64,000 nucleotides of DNA from contig JAFAGC010000130.1 of assembly GCA_023423065.1 (NCBI GenBank), forward strand, positions 60,118 to 124,117. The letters run 5' to 3'. How positions within the stretch are numbered: the stretch's first letter is position 1; every line of letters starts with the position of its first letter. Below the pieces are notes generated by a model, which worked only from the letters and a program-made list of their open reading frames with translations, did no database searches and was not told the DNA's origin. The stretch comes from Pseudomonadota bacterium. Lineage in GTDB: Bacteria > Pseudomonadota > Gammaproteobacteria > Steroidobacterales > Steroidobacteraceae. Shown here one piece after another: positions 35,287 to 43,140 of the stretch. Both the position numbers and the translations under genes were made by a program.

Positions 35287-36833
35287 GCGGGTACTTCCAC
35301 TCTTCCTGGCAATTCATGGCTCTCCTGGGCGTTGGGGGGCGTCGGATCGAGAGCGCGCACGCGAGCATCACCTAACGCATCACGTCGCTCACGAGCACGT
35401 TCGACGGCATCATCCTCACTCGAATAGAAGCCTCGATGGAACGCTTGCTCCATCGCATCGAAGAGGCCTGCCCGGCGCAACATCGATTTGTACTGCTTTT
35501 CGATTGAAAGGAGCTCACGGGCGAGCTGAAAGTGAATCTCGTCAGTCCCGCAGATTTCACGTAACAGAGCTACCTCTGCTGCGCCCATGACGAGATTGTC
35601 GTCGATGCGACCGCCCGGATACTTTTCGCCGACCGCATCTTCGTAGATGCCTGGCAGCGTGTCCTCGATTTCATGTTTGTCGACGACCCAGATGCGGCGA
35701 ATCTCTTCGAGCTCAGCGATGGTGATGAGTTGCAGATCGCGAACCTCCGGCGGACCGTTCTCGCGAATATGCCGCTGCGCGCGCAGCACCTTCCGCAGCC
35801 AGGTGGCGCGTACCTCCTGCTTGTAGGGGCCGGGGATCGGCCGATCATTGAAGAGCTGTACGGCGCCGTTCATTCGCCTGAAATCGCGCAGCGGGCGATC
35901 GGCGTCCGGAGTCTTCGGCGGATCTAACTCATTACGGAGTTCTAGGAGCGGCAGCATCCACTCCTTCTCCTCGTCGTTCTGAATCATGGCTTGCATCGAC
36001 TTGTCCTTCTCGACAAGTGTGCACACCCAGCAGCCAAAGCGACTATCACCGCAACTCGGCGTACTAGTGTCGACGACCAGGGGACACTCGCCATCAGCGG
36101 AAGCCCCTTGATACATAGTCAACAAATCCTTGTTGTTAAAACCCCAGGGATTACGTACTTGCATCAAGAAGAGCCAAACATCATCGTTGCTCCAGTCCTC
36201 AAGCGGCGAATACACGAATGAGTTCGGGAGGCTGCCGTTGGGGCTCAACCGATCCCTGACTCGCTTGCGCTCAAACTGCTCCATTACCCGTGCGCGCGCC
36301 GCACTTTCGGCCTTGCGTGTCCCGAGTACGAGAATGGCCTCACCGTGCTTCTGCACGACCGAACTAATGAACTGAGTGGACGGCATGATCTTTAGGCGCT
36401 CAGTGCACCAGCGGAATTTGGGCCGCGGCGCGGGATATCCGCGTCCGATCAAGTTAACCCAGAACGTGTTTGTTGCTTCGGGTGTCAGCCGATGCGGGGT
36501 GATCGGCATATTCTGTTTGGCCGCCTCTGTACCGATTTTCTCCAGCGACTTTGATACCCAAAGCGCGACGATTGGGTTCTCGACCAAGGTGTCGGTACTA
36601 ATGACATAGACCGGCTTACGACGTTGCTCTGCAGGCACCTGCGAGAGGGCAAGCCAAATCAGTTGAAGCGCTGCTGTCGAGTCCTTACCTCCGCTGTATC
36701 CCACAACCCACGGGATATCATCGCTGGTGTAGAGCGCCGTCACCTCATTCATCAGGTGCGCGAGCGTCGACTTCATTCCATGCTCGGTGAATGCCGAGCC
36801 AGCGTTACCGTTCTTTTGATTCTTCTGAGCCAT
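35283..36833 (-). CDS. dndC: DNA phosphorothioation sulfurtransferase DndC (PP-loop ATPase)
   Basis: VVGYSGGKDS PP-loop and a Cys cluster (CGDSRFGCWVC). ATG 36833 is preceded by GAGGGGAAA. The maximal TTG ORF extends to 36893. Confidence 0.9.
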   Translation of the reverse strand: MAQKNQKNGNAGSAFTEHGMKSTLAHLMNEVTALYTSDDIPWVVGYSGGKDSTAALQLIWLALSQVPAEQRRKPVYVISTDTLVENPIVALWVSKSLEKIGTEAAKQNMPITPHRLTPEATNTFWVNLIGRGYPAPRPKFRWCTERLKIMPSTQFISSVVQKHGEAILVLGTRKAESAARARVMEQFERKRVRDRLSPNGSLPNSFVYSPLEDWSNDDVWLFLMQVRNPWGFNNKDLLTMYQGASADGECPLVVDTSTPSCGDSRFGCWVCTLVEKDKSMQAMIQNDEEKEWMLPLLELRNELDPPKTPDADRPLRDFRRMNGAVQLFNDRPIPGPYKQEVRATWLRKVLRAQRHIRENGPPEVRDLQLITIAELEEIRRIWVVDKHEIEDTLPGIYEDAVGEKYPGGRIDDNLVMGAAEVALLREICGTDEIHFQLARELLSIEKQYKSMLRRAGLFDAMEQAFHRGFYSSEDDAVERARERRDALGDARVRALDPTPPNAQESHELPGRVEVPA

Positions 36834-37917
36834 TTTCCCCTCGTCGGAATGCATCCTCGGTCCGCTGCTCCTCTGCCGAGAGCGCGAGCCCAAGATGATT
36901 CTTGATTGCGTTCGTTGTCAGGACCACATTCTGTTGCGACTTTGAAACGCGACCGCCCAGCAAGGCTCGGCCTTCCCACAAGCTGCTATTGCTTCGGCTC
37001 CAGTCCATTGACTGCAGGGCAGTAAGCTTCTTCGACCACTGCTTCGGATATTTTTGGATGAGAGCATTGCCCGCGCGCGCGAGAGCCTGAAGCACCACGC
37101 CATGCGTGTGAATGAAGTCCGTTCGAACCTCACCCGCCGTCATCTCGCCACGCCGAACGCGATCCCATTCGTTCATGTATTTCGCAACGGCTTCCCAAAA
37201 ATTCAAGGCAAGCTCGGCGCTCTCCTGCGGGTCCTCGAGCCCGAGTCCATCGAGCAGATCGCTGGTCGCATGATAGATGGCACTCAGTGTGAAAAGCCGG
37301 CGCGAGCGTGGCGAGAGCGCAGTCTTTTCCATTTCCACGACGTCGCGAAATACGGGCGATTTTGCGATCAATGACTTCGCCATTTCGGCGACGGTGTCGC
37401 GGTGGTCATAGAGGATGCCGAGGGAGGGCGAGGGCCGGATGGCATACCGATTGAGGTCGGCAAACATCTGCTGGCAGCGCTTGAGGCCGACGTCGAGGAA
37501 GAAGACTACTGCGATGCTTTCGTCGCCGAGTTCGGGCCGCTCGCGCAACGCCATCTCGATGGCTGCGCGGCGATGTTGACCATCATTGATGATAAATCGG
37601 GCCTGCATCGGAATACGAAGGAGCCCAATGCGACTCGCCTCACCTTCTTGGGCAAGCTGCTCAAACTGCACCGCGGCGTCGATCGAGGCAGTGATCGCGG
37701 AAAAGACATAGTTCTCGTTGTTGTCGATTACGTAACGTGACATCTCCGGGAGCCGCGCCCGATTGAGGTGGCGCTGCGCCCGCAACTCAGGCACCAGTTC
37801 CTCTTCGTTAAACAGGAACAGTTTCGGAAGCAGCCGCAACGGGCACATCGAGACGTAATATTCGCGACACGCCTGGACGCCCTTGATGGCTGGGAATACG
37901 TACTCGAAGCCGCTCAT
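36805..37917 (-). CDS. dndB: DNA sulfur modification protein DndB
   Basis: MSGFEYVFPAIKGVQACREYYVSMCPL opening, INDGQHRRAAIEMAL, and QQMFADLNRYAIRPS. Confidence 0.9.
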   Translation of the reverse strand: MSGFEYVFPAIKGVQACREYYVSMCPLRLLPKLFLFNEEELVPELRAQRHLNRARLPEMSRYVIDNNENYVFSAITASIDAAVQFEQLAQEGEASRIGLLRIPMQARFIINDGQHRRAAIEMALRERPELGDESIAVVFFLDVGLKRCQQMFADLNRYAIRPSPSLGILYDHRDTVAEMAKSLIAKSPVFRDVVEMEKTALSPRSRRLFTLSAIYHATSDLLDGLGLEDPQESAELALNFWEAVAKYMNEWDRVRRGEMTAGEVRTDFIHTHGVVLQALARAGNALIQKYPKQWSKKLTALQSMDWSRSNSSLWEGRALLGGRVSKSQQNVVLTTNAIKNHLGLALSAEEQRTEDAFRRGENGSEESKER

Positions 37918-37946
37918 GCGTCTTGAACTAAAGAGGGTTGTGCGAT

Positions 37947-37979
37947 ACAAACATAATGAGTGATGTGCGCAATGTTTGT
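37947..37979. promoter_or_regulatory. inverted repeat ACAAACAT-N17-ATGTTTGT in the dndA/dndB divergent region
   Basis: Perfect 8-bp arms at 37947-37954 and 37972-37979. The repeat lies just upstream of the preferred dndA start. Confidence 0.3.
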
Positions 37980-37985
37980 CAAACC

Positions 37986-39155
37986 ATGAACCAAACGTTT
38001 GTATCTCAACACACACAAGATGCAGCGGCTTACTTGGACTGCAACGCGACGACCCCTGTCGAGCCGGCAGTGCAGGCCCTTGTGGCACGGCACTTTGGCG
38101 AAGAGTTCGGCAACGCCGGCAGTCGAACACACGAATACGGCCTAAGGGCGAGCAAGACTGTGCAGCTGGCGCGCGAGCGCGTGGCGACAGTCGTTTCGGC
38201 GAAGGCTGAAGAGGTTATTTTCACCGCCGGCGCGACCGAAGCCAACAACCTGGCGATTCTCGGGCTCGCCGAGCATGGCGAAAAAACGGGCTGCCGGCAT
38301 ATCGTTTCTACGGCAATCGAACACAAGGCGGTCTTGGAGCCGCTTCAGGCCCTCAGCGCGCGCGGTTTCGATGTGACCTTGCTCCGGCCTAAAGAGAATG
38401 GGGCGGTAGATCCCACCGCCATAGCCGCGGCCCTAAAGCCCGAGACCCTATTGGTCTCGGTCATGCAGGCGAATAACGAAACCGGTATTCGCCAACCGAT
38501 CACGGAAATCGCCGCTGCGTTAGCTGGGCACGACGCCTACTTTCATGTCGACGCGGCGCAAGGTTTTGGCAAAGACCTTGAATCGTTGCGCTCGACGCGT
38601 ATCGATCTACTCAGCGTGAGCTCGCACAAGATTTTCGGACCCGTGGGGGTGGGGGCGCTCATTGCCCGACGACGTGGCTTTCGCAAGCCGCCGCTACAAC
38701 CGCTGATGTTTGGCGGCGGTCAGGAACGCGGTCTACGGCCAGGTACGCTTCCTGTGCCACTAATCGCAGGTTTTGGATTGGCTGCCGAGATGGCTGTTAC
38801 TCAAAACGCCCAACGGCGGTCGCGATGCGAGGCCATGCGTTTCGACGCGCTGGCCGCGCTACGCCCGCTCAACCTTTTCATGCATGGCAATCCCGACAAC
38901 GCCCTGCCGCACGTCCTCAACTTCTCCATCGATGGCCTCGACTCCGAGGCAATCATGGTCGCCCTGAAGGGCATCGCTGCCATCTCTAACGGCTCGGCCT
39001 GCACCTCGCAGAGCTACAAACCTAGCCATGTCCTGCAGGCGATGGGGCTGACTGACGCGCAAATCGCGGGCGCGGTACGGATCTCCTGGTGTCATCTAAC
39101 ACCTGACCCTGACTGGCATACCATCGCGGCGAGGCTCGCGCAGATTCAGCGTTGA
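37986..39155 (+). CDS. dndA: cysteine desulfurase DndA (IscS/NifS-like)
   Basis: YLDCNATTPVEP, SSHKIFGPVG (PLP lysine) and SNGSACTS (active-site Cys). Divergent from dndB, as in classical dnd loci. The start is uncertain, with alternatives at 37938 and 37956. Confidence 0.85.
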   Translation: MNQTFVSQHTQDAAAYLDCNATTPVEPAVQALVARHFGEEFGNAGSRTHEYGLRASKTVQLARERVATVVSAKAEEVIFTAGATEANNLAILGLAEHGEKTGCRHIVSTAIEHKAVLEPLQALSARGFDVTLLRPKENGAVDPTAIAAALKPETLLVSVMQANNETGIRQPITEIAAALAGHDAYFHVDAAQGFGKDLESLRSTRIDLLSVSSHKIFGPVGVGALIARRRGFRKPPLQPLMFGGGQERGLRPGTLPVPLIAGFGLAAEMAVTQNAQRRSRCEAMRFDALAALRPLNLFMHGNPDNALPHVLNFSIDGLDSEAIMVALKGIAAISNGSACTSQSYKPSHVLQAMGLTDAQIAGAVRISWCHLTPDPDWHTIAARLAQIQR

Positions 39156-39163
39156 GGGCAGCC

Positions 39164-40429
39164 TTAGGCTGCCGCATCCGCCTCCATCATCCGCAGGTAA
39201 TGCTCCGTCAGAGAGCCAATCTCCACGAGCGTTGGCTTCAGGAAGTTGGACTGGGTGATCATCGTCTCACCCTTGAGTTCCTTTAGCGCCTCAAGCAATG
39301 ACTGCAGCGTATTGAGTGGTGTCTGTCGAGCCTTCTGATGCAGATACTCCGCCTCGACGAGGCGCATCGGCTTCGTGGCCTTCTCAGGGTTGGATACGTC
39401 GAATTGCGAGGCGAACCCGGTACCGTTCTCCGAGTCGTACTTTGACATGTCATTCCACAAACGGATGTTCTCGGCCTTGTAAAAGACGTTTGGATTCTTG
39501 TCCTCATCTTTGCGAGGTTGCGAAAAGGCCCACTGAAAAAGCGCCTTCTCGGCCTCATCCGAGAGGTAGAGCCGGTCTTTAGTGAACGCGAACTGTTCCT
39601 GTGCGTACTTGTGCTGGAGGATGTTCTCGAAGAAGTACTGATCGCTATCTGAGAACTCCTCTCCCTCAGGCAATTGATCGTCGTAGTGTCGCTTGAAGTG
39701 GCTGAAGGCAGAGGCTGCCTGGATGTTGCGACGAGTCTTGGTCTCGCCGAGCGACACCATTGATGCCACGCGTGCGATCAAGTGTTGCTCGAGCCGAAGC
39801 GGCTCTTCATCGCCGTACTGGTCGCGAAACAGTCGCTCGTAGAGCGAGGTAATGTAGAGATTCGTCGCGTAGGGACCCCACTGACGCGCATGCGTGATGT
39901 GCCGAACACCCAGCAGCCGCGGCAGCTTCTCTTCCAATTCCGCAGCCGTGGCCGCGTTCACCGGATAAACCTGAAGCCTGTCGGTGTCATTGAAGATCGC
40001 TTCCAGGCGTTCGACATGAAGCTGTTGCTGCTTGATTTCCTCGGCGGGCATCTTGCTGCCCTTCGTGAACTTCGAGAGCTTCGCTTTCTCTCGCTCAAGA
40101 CGTGGTCCGCGAATGCTGCGCAGAACCGATACGCGCGTATTGCCCTCGACCACAATGTAGTGGCCTTTGCGATCGGGATGCTCCCACACAATGATCGGAT
40201 CGATCGGCACCCAGCCCTGGGCGATGATCGCATCTTCAAGATCGCCGGCCTGGTAGACCGTATAGACCTTCGTGGTCAGGTCTTTTTGCAGGTTCTCCTC
40301 GAAGATTTCTTCGGGATCTTCGTAACGCGTCGCGCGATCCGGCGCAATGCGTGGATTGTTAGGGTCGAGAAAGATCTTCGAAAAGGGGACGGTGATGGCC
40401 TTTCCCAGATCGCCAAATGATTTAATCAT
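39164..40429 (-). CDS. ParB/Srx-fold (ParB N-terminal-like) domain protein
   Basis: KIFLDPNNPRI ... IVWEHPDRKGHYIVVEGNTRVSVLR resembles the ParB-like nuclease/NTPase domain. Its ATG overlaps the helicase stop (GATGATTAA), which suggests translational coupling. Confidence 0.6.
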   Translation of the reverse strand: MIKSFGDLGKAITVPFSKIFLDPNNPRIAPDRATRYEDPEEIFEENLQKDLTTKVYTVYQAGDLEDAIIAQGWVPIDPIIVWEHPDRKGHYIVVEGNTRVSVLRSIRGPRLEREKAKLSKFTKGSKMPAEEIKQQQLHVERLEAIFNDTDRLQVYPVNAATAAELEEKLPRLLGVRHITHARQWGPYATNLYITSLYERLFRDQYGDEEPLRLEQHLIARVASMVSLGETKTRRNIQAASAFSHFKRHYDDQLPEGEEFSDSDQYFFENILQHKYAQEQFAFTKDRLYLSDEAEKALFQWAFSQPRKDEDKNPNVFYKAENIRLWNDMSKYDSENGTGFASQFDVSNPEKATKPMRLVEAEYLHQKARQTPLNTLQSLLEALKELKGETMITQSNFLKPTLVEIGSLTEHYLRMMEADAAA

Positions 40430-42872
40430 CGTTGTTCTCCTCAGCGTGTGCCGAAAGTTTCGAAAGATGAAGCACACGCACGGCGTAGTTGTGTTCACCC
40501 AAGAAGGCTGCGAGATTCAGGAATAGTCGAGTAGGAAGCTCACGCGCGTCACGGCTCGCGAGAAAGCGCGCCAACACTCCGAACTGCTCGGCCGGCGCGA
40601 CCATTTGCAGGTCGGTGGTCGCAGCCGTTGTACATCTATCCAACGCGAAAGCTTCCTCGCTCGATAGCAGCCAGCCTTCGTGGCCCCCGAGCGGCAAGGG
40701 AATCTTGACCGCGAGTACAAAGGGCGTTGCGTCGCTAAGGTAGCTAGCGACGAGTTCCTGTCGGTTATAGCAATCCGCCAGGAAGTTTTGCAGCGCCTCC
40801 GGCAGCAGCGGGCGGAAATGAAAGGTTACGTACCGAAGCCAGGTTGTGGGACCGTGACGCTTCGAGGGCCTCGACTCCTTGGCCATCTTGTTCGAACCGT
40901 AGATCTCCTCGCGGGCGAAGTACGACGCGGTGAGCACCTGCATGAGTTCCGCCCACGCACTACCGGGTGTCAGGTCCTTTGAGACGCCGAATCGCGCGCC
41001 TTCACGCGTCAGAAAGTCTGACGGATCTGAGAGGGTCGCGCCACGCTCGGAGAAAGAATTGAAGACACCGCGAAAGGCCACGCTGTTCTGCGGATACTCC
41101 AGGAAGGCACCCCATGTTGCCTGCTCATCAAATCGCTCTGGGGCACCGTAGTACGGCAGACCATAGAGAAGCAGCCGGCACTTGTCGTCTGAGCCAAGAG
41201 CGGCAACTCGGCCGGTGATGCGCTGGCGAGCCGCCCCACCGACGTTGTAGCGATCAAGCATGTTGGTGACCTTCTGCTTGAGGTCATCCAGGCTTGAGTA
41301 GTCGATATCAATCAGCTCGGGGCGCAGATAGTCGCTGATCTCCTGATACAGCCAGCGCTGCTCGAAGTAGTACGCAAGTTCATCACGACGCGCCTGAACG
41401 ACGTACGCCGCAGTCTTGGACGGTGAGTATCGAACGCAGCGTCCCGCCGCCTGCATCAATCGCACCAGACTCGAGGTCGGATATGTCAGCACCACGGTAT
41501 TGATGCTTGGATCGTCAAATCCTTCGAGCAACAGCTGCGCAGAAACCAGAATCGCGCGTGGCTTCTCCGCGAAGATGTCCAGGAAATCGTCGTTGTCGAT
41601 ATGAAGCGAGTTACCGCTGCCATGGATGAACCCGATATCGGACACATCTAGGGGATGCCCATCGGCTTGGGCGGTTGCGAGGGCTTCGAGCAGAGCATCG
41701 TGGAACTCCACGACGCGCTCGATGCGCGGCGCGAGAACCAGAACTTTCGTGAACTCTCCGCCGCAGCGATCGATGACGTAGTCCGCGAGATCTTGAACCT
41801 GAGATTCCGACCACTCGAAATCCTGAACAGGGAATGGCTCGAACTTGGGCATGACGATGCAGCCGCGTTCCTCGAGCTCTCGATACGTGATAGTGAATGC
41901 GACCTCGTCGATGCCGATCGGCAGCAGGTCTGCACGATTCGGCGTTGCGGTGAGAAAAAGCGCTGGAACGGGATAGGTCGCCTCAAAAATCGGTTGGTAG
42001 GTGGGCGCAGCGGCGTGGTGAGCTTCATCGACGACCACAAGTACAGGCGGCACAGCATCTTCGGCAAGAATAGTTGTCAGCTCACTTACCATGACAAAGC
42101 GAATCCGCTTGGCGAGCAGTGACGCCGCATCATCTGGCACCGCGCTGCGACTGGTGGATAACAACTTCTGAAGTTCTCGGTGCGCCTGAGTACGCAGGTT
42201 CTTGCGATGCGTGACCCAGTAAACGAGCCCTGCGGCGTTCGCTGACTTGGCCAGCATTTCCAGGACGATGCGAAGCGCCGTGCGCGTCTTTCCAGCACCG
42301 GTGGGAAGGATCAGTCCAACCTTCGAGTGTGGTCGTTGGCGAAACGCATCGAGGCAATGCGAGACAGCGACGTCTTGGTAGCTCCAGTCTGGCGTCGTGC
42401 CGCGAGAGCGACCCGCAGTCTCCGGCTTAAGCGCCACCGCAACGGCACCGCCGATCGTCGTCGCGGCGGGCTCCGTTGAGAGAACGTGACGAAGGACGGC
42501 CGGAGGTAATCCCAACCGCCTGATGAGGTCCTCGCGTGGAAGCCGACGGTCGTCTTGCAAGTGGCGAACCTCTGCTCGAAGTTCTACCAAGCGCTTTTCC
42601 GAGCGCTGCCGCCAACCCGAGTCGGAGACTGTATAGGTGGCAACCGCCGCCTCAACGAGCCCGATGGTTGCGTCATTCACACCGCGGGAAACGTCGTCCG
42701 ACAACAAGGCATGAAGACGATTCGGATGAATGACCTCCCCATCACGCTTATCGAGCGCCAAGTTCAATGTCTTGCAGAGGGCCGCGGTGTTGCGCTCGGC
42801 GAGAAAGAGCGGAACAAGCTGCCCGTCGACGAGCTCACGGATGCGGGGGTCATGAATGCTGATACGGGCCAT
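40422..42872 (-). CDS. SF2 (DEAH / type III restriction Res-like) helicase, dnd-adjacent
   Basis: Motif I ILPTGAGKT, motif II VVVDEAHH, motif III LTATPNR, motif VI QAAGRCVRY. About 160 aa at the N-terminus and about 330 aa at the C-terminus are unassigned. Confidence 0.8.
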   Translation of the reverse strand: MARISIHDPRIRELVDGQLVPLFLAERNTAALCKTLNLALDKRDGEVIHPNRLHALLSDDVSRGVNDATIGLVEAAVATYTVSDSGWRQRSEKRLVELRAEVRHLQDDRRLPREDLIRRLGLPPAVLRHVLSTEPAATTIGGAVAVALKPETAGRSRGTTPDWSYQDVAVSHCLDAFRQRPHSKVGLILPTGAGKTRTALRIVLEMLAKSANAAGLVYWVTHRKNLRTQAHRELQKLLSTSRSAVPDDAASLLAKRIRFVMVSELTTILAEDAVPPVLVVVDEAHHAAAPTYQPIFEATYPVPALFLTATPNRADLLPIGIDEVAFTITYRELEERGCIVMPKFEPFPVQDFEWSESQVQDLADYVIDRCGGEFTKVLVLAPRIERVVEFHDALLEALATAQADGHPLDVSDIGFIHGSGNSLHIDNDDFLDIFAEKPRAILVSAQLLLEGFDDPSINTVVLTYPTSSLVRLMQAAGRCVRYSPSKTAAYVVQARRDELAYYFEQRWLYQEISDYLRPELIDIDYSSLDDLKQKVTNMLDRYNVGGAARQRITGRVAALGSDDKCRLLLYGLPYYGAPERFDEQATWGAFLEYPQNSVAFRGVFNSFSERGATLSDPSDFLTREGARFGVSKDLTPGSAWAELMQVLTASYFAREEIYGSNKMAKESRPSKRHGPTTWLRYVTFHFRPLLPEALQNFLADCYNRQELVASYLSDATPFVLAVKIPLPLGGHEGWLLSSEEAFALDRCTTAATTDLQMVAPAEQFGVLARFLASRDARELPTRLFLNLAAFLGEHNYAVRVLHLSKLSAHAEENNDD

Positions 42873-42932
42873 TTTTCTTGGTAACCAACGTCTATACGCG
42901 AAGGGGCCGAAGTGGCTGAAAATGATATTCCG

Positions 42933-42967
42933 TAATTATGGAATTGCAAGCTCGTGAATCCATAATT
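42933..42967. promoter_or_regulatory. inverted repeat AATTATGGA...TCCATAATT in an AT-rich divergent promoter region
   Basis: TAATTATGGAATT (42933-42945) faces GAATCCATAATTTT (42957-42970). It lies between the helicase operon and the methyltransferase gene. Confidence 0.35.
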
Positions 42968-43140
42968 TTGGAATACATAGGAAAAACAGAGCGATAGAAG
43001 CGTGCAGGCCGTTTACCTGCAGGGCTAAACCTCTTTCGCACGTGCTTGGATGGCTCATCCGTCTTGTGCCCAAAAGGTGCTTGGTGCATAGGTCGGCGTT
43101 CAAATGCCGGACGGAAAGGGACCGTGAAGGAAGCAGTGCC

